In this document: positions 26,701-40,100 of the stretch, piece by piece
Layout: each line of letters begins with the position of its first letter
How positions within the stretch are numbered: the first letter of the stretch is position 1
DNA from: Eledone cirrhosa
Lineage: Eukaryota
DNA length: 64,000 nucleotides
NCBI GenBank assembly: GCA_964016885.1
Contig: OZ024742.1
Coordinates: 7,378,001 to 7,442,000 of the forward strand
Direction of reading: 5' to 3'
Position numbers and translations under genes: made by a program
Notes under the pieces: generated by a model
Databases searched by the model: none
The model's input: the letters and a program-made list of their open reading frames with translations, nothing else
Told to the model about the DNA's origin: nothing

Positions 26701-27800
26701 ACTGTCATAGTTTCTATGATTTTCTCTGTAACTGTCATAGTTTCTACGACATTCTCTATAACTGTCATAGTTTCTACGACTTTCTCTGTAACTGTCATAG
26801 TTTCTATGACTTTCTCTATAACTGTCATAGTTTCTACGACTATCTCTGTAACTGTCATAGTTTCTACGACATTCTCTATAATTGTCATAGTTTCTACGAC
26901 TTTCTCTGTAACTGTCATAGTTTCTACGACATTCTCTGTAACTGTCATAGTTTCTACGACATTCTCTGTAACTGTCATAGTTTCTACGACTTTCTCTGTA
27001 ACTGTCATAGTTTCTATGACTTTTTCTGTAACTGTCATAGTTTCTATGACTTTCTCTATAACTGTCATAGTTTCTATGACTTTCTCTGTACCTATCATAG
27101 TTTCTACTACTTTCTCTGTAACTGTCATAGTTTCTACGACTTTCTCTGTAACTGTCATAGTTTCTACGACTTTCTCTGTAACTGTCATAGTTTCTACGAC
27201 TTTCCCTATAACTGTCATAGTTTCTACGACTTTCTCTGTAACTGTCATAGTTTCTACGACATTCTCTGTAACTGTCATAGTTTCTACAACTTTCTCTGTA
27301 ACTGTCATAGTTTCTACGACTTTCTCTGTAACTGTCATAGTTTCTACGACATTCTCTGTAATTGTCATAGTTTCTATGACTTTCTCTATAACTGTCATAG
27401 TTTTTACGACTTTCTCTGTAACTGTCATAGTTTCTATGACTTTCTCTGTAACTGTCATAGTTTCTACGACTTTCTCTGTAACTGTCATAGTTTCTACGAC
27501 TTTCTCTGTAACTGTTATAATAGTTTCTATGACTTTCTCTGTAACTGTCATAGTTTCTACGACTTTCTCTGTAACTGTCATATTTTCTACGACTTTCTCT
27601 GTAACTGTCATAGTTTCTATGACATTCTCTATAACTGTCATAGTTTCTACGACTTTCTCTGTAACTGTCATTGTTTCTACGACTTTCTCTGTAACTGTCA
27701 TAGTTTCTATGATTTTCTCTGTAACTGTCACAGTTTCTACGACTTTCTCTGTAACTGTCATAGTTTCTATGACTTTCTCTGTAACTGTCATAGTTTCTAC
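20800..27800. repeat. Higher-order repeat, period 1593 bp (53 monomers: 52x30 + 33), ~4 copies, one shortened
   Basis: 33-bp monomer at 21290, 22883, 24324, 25917, 27510 (spacings 1593, 1441, 1593, 1593). GTACCTATC, CTTTATCTG and GACTATCTC variants follow the same order. Confidence 0.88.
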
Positions 27801-30800
27801 GACTTTCTCCGTAACTGTCATAGTTTCTATGACTTTCTCTATAACTGTCATAATTTCTATGACTTTCTCTGTAACTGTCATAGTTTCTACGACTTTCTCT
27901 GTAACTGTCATATTTTCTACGACTTTCTCTGTAACTGTCATAGTTTCTATGACATTCTCTATAACTGTCATAGTTTCTACGACTTTATCTGTAACTGTCA
28001 TTGTTTCTACGACTTTCTCTGTAACTGTCATAGTTTCTATGATTTTCTCTGTAACTGTCATAGTTTCTACGACTTTCTCTGTAACTGTCATAGTTTCTAT
28101 GACTTTCTCTGTAACTGTCATAGTTTCTACGACTTTCTCTGTAACTGTCATAGTTTCTATGACTTTCTCTGTAACTGTCATAGTTTCTACGACTTTCTCT
28201 GTAACTGTCATAGTTTCTACGACTTTCTCTGTAACTGTTATAATAGTTTCTATGACTTTCTCTGTAACTGTCATAGTTTCTACGACTTTCTCTGTAACTG
28301 TCATATTTTCTACGACTTTCTCTGTAACTGTCATAGTTTCTACGACTTTCTCTGTAACTGTCATACTTTCTACGACTTTCTCTGTAACTGTCATACTTTC
28401 TACGACTTTCTCTGTAACTGTCATAGTTTCTATGACTTTCTCTGTAACTGTCATAGTTTCTATGACTTTCTCTGTAACTGTCATAGTTTCTACGACGTTC
28501 TCTGTAACTGTGATAGTTTCTATGACTTTCTCTGTAACTGCCATAGTTTCTACGACTTTCTCTGTAACTGTCATAGTTTCTACGACTTTCTCTATAACTG
28601 TCATAGTTTCTATGACATTCTCTGTAACTGTCATAGTTTCTACGACATTCTCTATAACTGTCATAGTTTCTACGAATTTCTCTGTAACTGTCATAGTTTC
28701 TACGACTTTCTCTGTAACTGTCATAGTTTCTACGACTTTCTCTGTAACTGTCATAGTTTCTATGATTTTCTCTGTAACTGTCATAGTTTCTACGACATTC
28801 TCTATAACTGTCATAGTTTCTACGACTTTCTCTGTAACTGTCATAGTTTCTATGACTTTCTCTATAACTGTCATAGTTTCTACGACTATCTCTGTAACTG
28901 TCATAGTTTCTACGACATTCTCTATAATTGTCATAGTTTCTACGACTTTCTCTGTAACTGTCATAGTTTCTACGACATTCTCTGTAACTGTCATAGTTTC
29001 TACGACATTCTCTGTAACTGTCATAGTTTCTACGACTTTCTCTGTAACTGTCATAGTTTCTATGACTTTTTCTGTAACTGTCATAGTTTCTATGACTTTC
29101 TCTATAACTGTCATAGTTTCTATGACTTTCTCTGTACCTATCATAGTTTCTACTACTTTCTCTGTAACTGTCATAGTTTCTACGACTTTCTCTGTAACTG
29201 TCATAGTTTCTACGACTTTCTCTGTAACTGTCATAGTTTCTACGACTTTCTCTGTAACTGTCATAGTTTCTACGACATTCTCTGTAACTGTCATAGTTTC
29301 TACAACTTTCTCTGTAACTGTCATAGTTTCTACGACATTCTCTGTAATTGTCATAGTTTCTATGACTTTCTCTATAACTGTCATAGTTTTTACGACTTTC
29401 TCTGTAACTGTCATAGTTTCTATGACTTTCTCTGTAACTGTCATAGTTTCTACGACTTTCTCTGTAACTGTCATAGTTTCTACGACTTTCTCTGTAACTG
29501 TTATAATAGTTTCTATGACTTTCTCTGTAACTGTCATAGTTTCTACGACTTTCTCTGTAACTGTCATATTTTCTACGACTTTCTCTGTAACTGTCATAGT
29601 TTCTATGACATTCTCTATAACTGTCATAGTTTCTACGACTTTATCTGTAACTGTCATTGTTTCTACGACTTTCTCTGTAACTGTCATAGTTTCTATGATT
29701 TTCTCTGTAACTGTCATAGTTTCTACGACTTTCTCTGTAACTGTCATAGTTTCTATGACTTTCTCTGTAACTGTCATAGTTTCTACGACTTTCTCCGTAA
29801 CTGTCATAGTTTCTATGACTTTCTCTATAACTGTCATAGTTTCTATGACTTTCTCTGTAGCTGTCATAGTTTCTACGACATTCTCTGTAACTGTCATAGT
29901 TTCTACGACTTTCTCTGTAACTGTCATACTTTCTGCGACTTTCTCTGTAACTGTCATAGTTTCTATGACTTTCTCTGTAACTGTCATAGTTTCTATGACT
30001 TTCTCTGTAACTGTCATAGTTTCTACGACGTTCTCTGTAACTGTGATAGTTTCTATGACTTTCTCTGTAACTGCCATAGTTTCTACGACTTTCTCTGTAA
30101 CTGTCATAGTTTCTATGACTTTCTCTATAACTGTCATAGTTTCTATGACATTCTCTGTAACTGTCATAGTTTCTACGACATTCTCTATAACTGTCATAGT
30201 TTCTACGAATTTCTCTGTAACTGTCATAGTTTCTACGACTTTCTCTGTAACTGTCATAGTTTCTACGACTTTCTCTGTAACTGTCATAGTTTCTATGATT
30301 TTCTCTGTAACTGTCATAGTTTCTACGACATTCTCTATAACTGTCATAGTTTCTACGACTTTCTCTGTAACTGTCATAGTTTCTATGACTTTCTCTATAA
30401 CTGTCATAGTTTCTACGACTATCTCTGTAACTGTCATAGTTTCTACGACATTCTCTATAATTGTCATAGTTTCTACGACTTTCTCTGTAACTGTCATAGT
30501 TTCTACGACATTCTCTGTAACTGTCATAGTTTCTACGACATTCTCTGTAACTGTCATAGTTTCTACGACTTTCTCTGTAACTGTCATAGTTTCTATGACT
30601 TTCTCTGTAACTGTCATAGTTTCTATGACTTTCTCTATAACTGTCATAGTTTCTATGACTTTCTCTGTACCTATCATAGTTTTTACTACTTTCTCTGTAA
30701 CTGTCATAGTTTCTACGACTTTCTCTGTAACTGTCATAGTTTCTACGACTTTCTCTGTAACTGTCATAGTTTCTACGACTTTCCCTATAACTGTCATAGT

Positions 30801-33800
30801 TTCTACGACTTTCTCTGTAACTGTCATAGTTTCTACGACATTCTCTATAATTGTCATAGTTTCTACGACTTTCTCTGTAACTGTTATAGTTTCTACGACT
30901 TTCACTGAAACTGTCATAGTTTCTACGACTTTCTCTGTAACTGTCATAGTTTCTACGACTTTCTCTGTAACTGTCATAGTTTCGACGACTTTCTCTGTGA
31001 CTGTCATAGTTTCTACGACTTTCTCTATAACTGTCATAGTTTCTACGAATTTCTCTGTAACTGTCATAGTTTCTACGACTTTCTCTGTAACTGTCATAGT
31101 TTCTATGACTTTTTCTGTAACTGTCATAGTTTCTATGACTTTCTCTATAACTGTCATAGTTTCTACGACTTTCTCTGTAACTGTCATATTTTCTACGACT
31201 TTCTCTGTAACTATCAGAGTGTCTACGACTTTCTCTGTAACTGTCATAGTTTCTACGACATTTTCTGTAACTGTCATAGTTTCTACGACTTTCCCTATAA
31301 ATGTCATAGTTTCTACGACTTTCTCTGTAACTGTCATAGTTTCGACGACTTTCTCTGTAACTGTCATAGTTTCTACGACTTTCTCTGTAACTGTCATAGT
31401 TTCTACGACTTTCCCCATAACAGTCTTAGTTTCTACGACTTTCTCTGTAACTGTCATAGTTTCTATGACTTTCTCTGTAACTGTCATAGTTTCTACGACT
31501 TTCTCTGTAACTGTCATAGTTTCTACGACTTTCTCTGTAACTGTCATAGTTTCTACGACATTCTCTGTAACTGTCATAGTTTCTACGACTTTCCCTATAA
31601 CAGTCATAGTTTCTACGACTTTCTCTGTAACTGTCATAGTTTCTATGACTTTCTCTGTAACTGTCATAGTTTCTACGACTTTCTCTGTAACTGTCATAGT
31701 TTCTATGACTTTCTCTGTAACTGTCATATTTTCTACGACTTTCTCTGTAACTGTCATAGTTTCTACGACTTTCTCTGTAACTGTCATAGTTTCTACGACT
31801 TTCTCTGTAACTGTCATAGTTTCTACGACTTTCCCTATAACTGTCATAGTTTCTACGACTTTCTCTGTAACTGTCATAGTTTCTACGACATTCTCTGTAA
31901 CTGTCATAGTTTCTACAACTTTCTCTGTAACTGTCATAGTTTCTACGACTTTCTCTGTAACTGTCATAGTTTCTACGACATTCTCTGTAATTGTCATAGT
32001 TTCTATGACTTTCTCTATAACTGTCATAGTTTTTACGACTTTCTCTGTAACTGTCATAGTTTCTATGACTTTCTCTGTAACTGTCATAGTTTCTACGACT
32101 TTCTCTGTAACTGTCATAGTTTCTACGACTTTCTCTGTAACTGTTATAATAGTTTCTATGACTTTCTCTGTAACTGTCATAGTTTCTACGACTTTCTCTG
32201 TAACTGTCATATTTTCTACGACTTTCTCTGTAACTGTCATAGTTTCTATGACATTCTCTATAACTGTCATAGTTTCTACGACTTTATCTGTAACTGTCAT
32301 TGTTTCTACGACTTTCTCTGTAACTGTCATAGTTTCTATGATTTTCTCTGTAACTGTCATAGTTTCTACGACTTTCTCTGTAACTGTCATAGTTTCTATG
32401 ACTTTCTCTGTAACTGTCATAGTTTCTACGACTTTCTCCGTAACTGTCATAGTTTCTATGACTTTCTCTATAACTGTCATAGTTTCTATGACTTTCTCTG
32501 TAGCTGTCATAGTTTCTACGACATTCTCTGTAACTGTCATAGTTTCTACGACTTTCTCTGTAACTGTCATACTTTCTGCGACTTTCTCTGTAACTGTCAT
32601 AGTTTCTATGACTTTCTCTGTAACTGTCAGTTTCTATGACTTTCTCTGTAACTGTCATAGTTTCTACGACGTTCTCTGTAACTGTGATAGTTTCTATGAC
32701 TTTCTCTGTAACTGCCATAGTTTCTACGACTTTCTCTGTAACTGTCATAGTTTCTACGACTTTCTCTATAACTGTCATAGTTTCTATGACATTCTCTGTA
32801 ACTGTCATAGTTTCTACGACATTCTCTATAACTGTCATAGTTTCTACGAATTTCTCTGTAACTGTCATAGTTTCTACGACTTTCTCTGTAACTGTCATAG
32901 TTTCTATGATTTTCTCTGTAACTGTCATAGTTTCTACGACATTCTCTATAACTGTCATAGTTTCTACGACTTTCTCTGTAACTGTCATAGTTTCTATGAC
33001 TTTCTCTATAACTGTCATAGTTTCTACGACTATCTCTGTAACTGTCATAGTTTCTACGACATTCTCTATAATTGTCATAGTTTCTACGACTTTCTCTGTA
33101 ACTGTCATAGTTTCTACGACATTCTCTGTAACTGTCATAGTTTCTACGACATTCTCTGTAACTGTCATAGTTTCTACGACTTTCTCTGTAACTGTCATAG
33201 TTTCTATGACTTTCTCTGTAACTGTCATAGTTTCTATGACTTTCTCTATAACTGTCATAGTTTCTATGACTTTCTCTGTACCTATCATAGTTTTTACTAC
33301 TTTCTCTGTAACTGTCATAGTTTCTACGACTTTCTCTGTAACTGTCATAGTTTCTACGACTTTCTCTGTAACTGTCATAGTTTCTACGACTTTCCCTATA
33401 ACTGTCATAGTTTCTACGACTTTCTCTGTAACTGTCATAGTTTCTACGACATTCTCTATAATTGTCATAGTTTCTACGACTTTCTCTGTAACTGTTATAG
33501 TTTCTACGACTTTCTCTGAAACTGTCATAGTTTCTACGACTTTCTCTGTAACTGTCATAGTTTCTACGACTTTCTCTGTAACTGTCATAGTTTCTACGAC
33601 TTTCTCTGTGACTGTCATAGTTTCTACGACTTTCTCTATAACTGTCATAGTTTCTACGAATTTCTCTGTAACTGTCATAGTTTCTACGACTTTCTCTGCA
33701 ACTGTCATAGTTTCTACGACTTTCTCTGTAACTGTCATAGTTTCTATGACTTTTTCTGTAACTGTCATAGTTTCTATGACTTTCTCTATAACTGTCATAG

Positions 33801-34189
33801 TTTCTACGACTTTCTCTGTAACTGTCATATTTTCTACGACTTTCTCTGTAACTGTCAGAGTGTCTACGACTTTCTCTGTAACTGTCATAGTTTCTACGAC
33901 ATTTTCTGTAACTGTCATAGTTTCTACGACTTTCCCTATAAATGTCATAGTTTCTACGACTTTCTCTGTAACTGTCATAGTTTCGACGACTTTCTCTGTA
34001 ACTGTCATAGTTTCTACGACTTTCCCCATAACAGTCTTAGTTTCTACGACTTTCTCTGTAACTGTCATAGTTTCTATGACTTTCTCTGTAACTGTCATAG
34101 TTTCTACGACTTTCTCTGTAACTGTCATAGTTTCTACGACATTCTCTGTAACTGTCATAGTTTCTACGACTTTCCCTATAACAGTCATA

Positions 34190-37100
34190 GTTTCTACGAC
34201 TTTCTCTGTAACTGTCATAGTTTCTATGACTTTCTCTGTAACTGTCATAGTTTCTACGACTTTCTCTGTAACTGTCATAGTTTCTATGACTTTCTCTGTA
34301 ACTGTCATAGTTTCTACGACTTTCTCTGTAACTGTCATAGTTTCTACGACTTTCTCTGAAACTGTCATAGTTTCTACGACTTTCTCTGTAACTGTCATAG
34401 TTTCTACGACTTTCTCTGTAACTGTCATAGTTTCTATGATTTTCTCTGTAACTGTCATAGTTTCTACGACTTTCTCTGTAACTGTCATAGTTTCTATGAC
34501 TTTCTCTATAACTGTCATAGTTTCTACGACTTTCTCTGTAACTGTCATAGTTTCGACGACTTTCTCTGTAACTGTCATAGTTTCTACGACTTTCCCCATA
34601 ACAGTCTTAGTTTCTACGACTTTCTCTGTAACTGTCATAGTTTCTATGACTTTCTCTATAACTGTCATAGTTTCTACGACTTTCTCTGTAACTGTCATAG
34701 TTTCTACGACATTCTCTGTAACTGTCATAGTTTCTACGACATTCTCTGTAACTGTCATAGTTTCTACGACTTTCTCTGTAACTGTCATATTTTCTATGAC
34801 TTTTTCTGTAACTGTCATAGTTTCTATGACTTTCTCTATAACTGTCATAGTTTCTATGACTTTCTCTGTACCTATCATAGTTTCTACTACTTTCTCTGTA
34901 ACTGTCATAGTTTCTACGACTTTCTCTGTAACTGTCATAGTTTCTACGACTTTCTCTGTAACTGTCATAGTTTCTACGACTTTCCCTATAACTGTCATAG
35001 TTTCTACGACTTTCTCTGTAACTGTCATAGTTTCTACGACATTCTCTGTAACTGTCATAGTTTCTACAACTTTCTCTGTAACTGTCATAGTTTCTACGAC
35101 TTTCTCTGTAACTGTCATAGTTTCTACGACATTCTCTGTAATTGTCATAGTTTCTATGACTTTCTCTATAACTGTCATAGTTTTTACGACTTTCTCTGTA
35201 ACTGTCATAGTTTCTATGACTTTCTTTGTAACTGTCATAGTTTCTACGACTTTCTCTGTAACTGTCATAGTTTCTACGACTTTCTCTGTAACTGTTATAA
35301 TAGTTTCTATGACTTTCTCTGTAACTGTCATAGTTTCTACGACTTTCTCTGTAACTGTCATATTTTCTACGACTTTCTCTGTAACTGTCATAGTTTCTAT
35401 GACATTCTCTATAACTGTCATAGTTTCTACGACTTTATCTGTAACTGTCATTGTTTCTACGACTTTCTCTGTAACTGTCATAGTTTCTATGATTTTCTCT
35501 GTAACTGTCATAGTTTCGACGACTTTCTCTGTAACTGTCATAGTTTCTACGACTTTCCCCATAACAGTCTTAGTTTCTACGACTTTCTCTGTAACTGTCA
35601 TAGTTTCTATGACTTTCTCTATAACTGTCATAGTTTCTACGACTTTCTCTGTAACTGTCATAGTTTCTACGACATTCTCTGTAACTGTCATAGTTTCTAC
35701 GACATTCTCTGTAACTGTCATAGTTTCTACGACTTTCTCTGTAACTGTCATATTTTCTATGACTTTTTCTGTAACTGTCATAGTTTCTATGACTTTCTCT
35801 ATAACTGTCATAGTTTCTATGACTTTCTCTGTACCTATCATAGTTTCTACTACTTTCTCTGTAACTGTCATAGTTTCTACGACTTTCTCTGTAACTGTCA
35901 TAGTTTCTACGACTTTCTCTGTAACTGTCATAGTTTCTACGACTTTCCCTATAACTGTCATAGTTTCTACGACTTTCTCTGTAACTGTCATAGTTTCTAC
36001 GACATTCTCTGTAACTGTCATAGTTTCTACAACTTTCTCTGTAACTGTCATAGTTTCTACGACTTTCTCTGTAACTGTCATAGTTTCTACGACATTCTCT
36101 GTAATTGTCATAGTTTCTATGACTTTCTCTATAACTGTCATAGTTTTTACGACTTTCTCTGTAACTGTCATAGTTTCTATGACTTTCTTTGTAACTGTCA
36201 TAGTTTCTACGACTTTCTCTGTAACTGTCATAGTTTCTACGACTTTCTCTGTAACTGTTATAATAGTTTCTATGACTTTCTCTGTAACTGTCATAGTTTC
36301 TACGACTTTCTCTGTAACTGTCATATTTTCTACGACTTTCTCTGTAACTGTCATAGTTTCTATGACATTCTCTATAACTGTCATAGTTTCTACGACTTTA
36401 TCTGTAACTGTCATTGTTTCTACGACTTTCTCTGTAACTGTCATAGTTTCTATGATTTTCTCTGTAACTGTCATAGTTTCTACGACTTTCTCTGTAACTG
36501 TCATAGTTTCTATGACTTTCTCTGTAACTGTCATAGTTTCTACGACTTTCTCCGTAACTGTCATAGTTTCTATGACTTTCTCTATAACTGTCATAGTTTC
36601 TATGACTTTCTCTGTAGCTGTCATAGTTTCTATGACTTTCTCTGTAACTGTCATAGTTTCTATGACTTTCTCTGTAACTGTCATAGTTTCGACGACTTTC
36701 TCTGTAACTGTCATAGTTTCTACGACTTTCCCCATAACAGTCTTAGTTTCTACGACTTTCTCTGTAACTGTCATAGTTTCTATGACTTTCTCTATAACTG
36801 TCATAGTTTCTACGACTTTCTCTGTAACTGTCATAGTTTCTACGACATTCTCTGTAACTGTCATAGTTTCTACGACATTCTCTGTAACTGTCATAGTTTC
36901 TACGACTTTCTCTGTAACTGTCATATTTTCTATGACTTTTTCTGTAACTGTCATAGTTTCTATGAATTTCTCTATAACTGTCATAGTTTCTATGACTTTC
37001 TCTGTACCTATCATAGTTTCTACTACTTTCTCTGTAACTGTCATAGTTTCTACGACTTTCTCTGTAACTGTCATAGTTTCTACGACTTTCTCTGTAACTG

Positions 37101-40100
37101 TCATAGTTTCTACGACTTTCCCTATAACTGTCATAGTTTCTACGACTTTCTCTGTAACTATCATAGTTTCTACGACATTCTCTGTAACTGTCATAGTTTC
37201 TACAACTTTCTCTGTAACTGTCATAGTTTCTACGACTTTCTCTGTAACTGTCATAGTTTCTACGACATTCTCTGTAATTGTCATAGTTTCTATGACTTTC
37301 TCTATAACTGTCATAGTTTTTACGACTTTCTCTGTAACTGTCATAGTTTCTATGACTTTCTTTGTAACTGTCATAGTTTCTACGACTTTCTCTGTAACTG
37401 TCATAGTTTCTATGACTTTCTCTGTAGCTGTCATAGTTTCTATGACTTTCTCTGTAACTGTCATAGTTTCTATGACTTTCTCTGTAACTGTCATAGTTTC
37501 GACGACTTTCTCTGTAACTGTCATAGTTTCTACGACTTTCCCCATAACAGTCTTAGTTTCTACGACTTTCTCTGTAACTGTCATAGTTTCTATGACTTTC
37601 TCTATAACTGTCATAGTTTCTACGACTTTCTCTGTAACTGTCATAGTTTCTACGACATTCTCTGTAACTGTCATAGTTTCTACGACATTCTCTGTAACTG
37701 TCATAGTTTCTACGACTTTCTCTGTAACTGTCATATTTTCTATGACTTTTTCTGTAACTGTCATAGTTTCTATGACTTTCTCTATAACTGTCATAGTTTC
37801 TATGACTTTCTCTGTACCTATCATAGTTTCTACTACTTTCTCTGTAACTGTCATAGTTTCTACGACTTTCTCTGTAACTGTCATAGTTTCTACGACTTTC
37901 TCTGTAACTGTCATAGTTTCTACGACTTTCCCTATAACTGTCATAGTTTCTACGACTTTCTCTGTAACTGTCATAGTTTCTACGACATTCTCTGTAACTG
38001 TCATAGTTTCTACAACTTTCTCTGTAACTGTCATAGTTTCTACGACTTTCTCTGTAACTGTCATAGTTTCTACGACATTCTCTGTAATTGTCATAGTTTC
38101 TATGACTTTCTCTATAACTGTCATAGTTTTTACGACTTTCTCTGTAACTGTCATAGTTTCTATGACTTTCTTTGTAACTGTCATAGTTTCTACGACTTTC
38201 TCTGTAACTGTCATAGTTTCTACGACTTTCTCTGTAACTGTTATAATAGTTTCTATGACTTTCTCTGTAACTGTCATAGTTTCTACGACTTTCTCTGTAA
38301 CTGTCATATTTTCTACGACTTTCTCTGTAACTGTCATAGTTTCTATGACATTCTCTATAACTGTCATAGTTTCTACGACTTTATCTGTAACTGTCATTGT
38401 TTCTACGACTTTCTCTGTAACTGTCATAGTTTCTATGATTTTCTCTGTAACTGTCATAGTTTCTACGACTTTCTCTCTAACTGTCATAGTTTCTATGACT
38501 TTCTCTGTAACTGTCATAGTTTCTACGACTTTCTCCGTAACTGTCATAGTTTCTATGACTTTCTCTATAACTGTCATAGTTTCTATGACTTTCTCTGTAG
38601 CTGTCATAGTTTCTATGACTTTCTCTGTAACTGTCATAGTTTCTATGACTTTCTCTGTAACTGTCATAGTTTCTACGACGTTCTCTGTAACTGTGATAGT
38701 TTCTATGACTTTCTCTGTAACTGCCATATTTTCTACGACTTTCTCTGTAACTGTCATAGTTTCTACGACTTTCTCTATAACTGTCATAGTTTCTATGACA
38801 TTCTCTGTAACTGTCATAGTTTCTACGACATTCTCTATAACTGTCATAGTTTCTACGAATTTCTCTGTGACTGTCATAGTTTCTACGACTTTCTCTGTAA
38901 CTGTCATAGTTTCTACGACTTTCTCTGTAACTGTCATAGTTTCTATGATTTTCTCTGTAACTGTCATAGTTTCTACGACATTCTCTATAACTGTCATAGT
39001 TTCTACGACTTTCTCTGTAACTGTCATAGTTTCTATGACTTTCTCTATAACTGTCATAGTTTCTACGACTATCTCTGTAACTGTCATAGTTTCTACGACA
39101 TTCTCTATAATTGTCATAGTTTCTACGACTTTCTCTGTAACTGTCATAGTTTCTACGACATTCTCTGTAACTGTCATAGTTTCTACGACATTCTCTGTAA
39201 CTGTCATAGTTTCTACGACTTTCTCTGTAACTGTCATAGTTTCTATGACTTTTTCTGTAACTGTCATAGTTTCTATGACTTTCTCTATAACTGTCATAGT
39301 TTCTATGACTTTCTCTGTACCTATCATAGTTTCTACTACTTTCTCTGTAACTGTCATAGTTTCTACGACTTTCTCTGTAACTGTCATAGTTTCTACGACT
39401 TTCTCTGTAACTGTCATAGTTTCTACGACTTTCCCTATAACTGTCATAGTTTCTACGACTTTCTCTGTAACTGTCATAGTTTCTACGACATTCTCTGTAA
39501 CTGTCATAGTTTCTACGACTTTCTCTGTAACTGTCATAGTTTCTACGACTTTCTCTGTAACTGTCATAGTTTCTACAACTTTCTCTGTAACTTTCATAGT
39601 TTCTACGACTTTCTCTGTAACTGTCATAGTTTCTACGACTTTCTCTGTAACTGTCATAGTTTCTACGACTTTCTCTGTAACTGTCATAGTTTCTACGACT
39701 TTCTCTGTAACTGTCATAGTTTCTACGACATTCTCTGTAATTGTCATAGTTTCTATGACTTTCTCTATAACTGTCATAGTTTTTACGACTTTCTCTGTAA
39801 CTGTCATAGTTTCTATGACTTTCTCTGTAACTGTCATAGTTTCTACGACTTTCTCTGTAACTGTCATAGTTTCTACGACTTTCTCTGTAACTGTTATAAT
39901 AGTTTCTATGACTTTCTCTGTAACTGTCATAGTTTCTACGACTTTCTCTGTAACTGTCATATTTTCTACGACTTTCTCTGTAACTGTCATAGTTTCTATG
40001 ACATTCTCTATAACTGTCATAGTTTCTACGACTTTATCTGTAACTGTCATTGTTTCTACGACTTTCTCTGTAACTGTCATAGTTTCTATGATTTTCTCTG

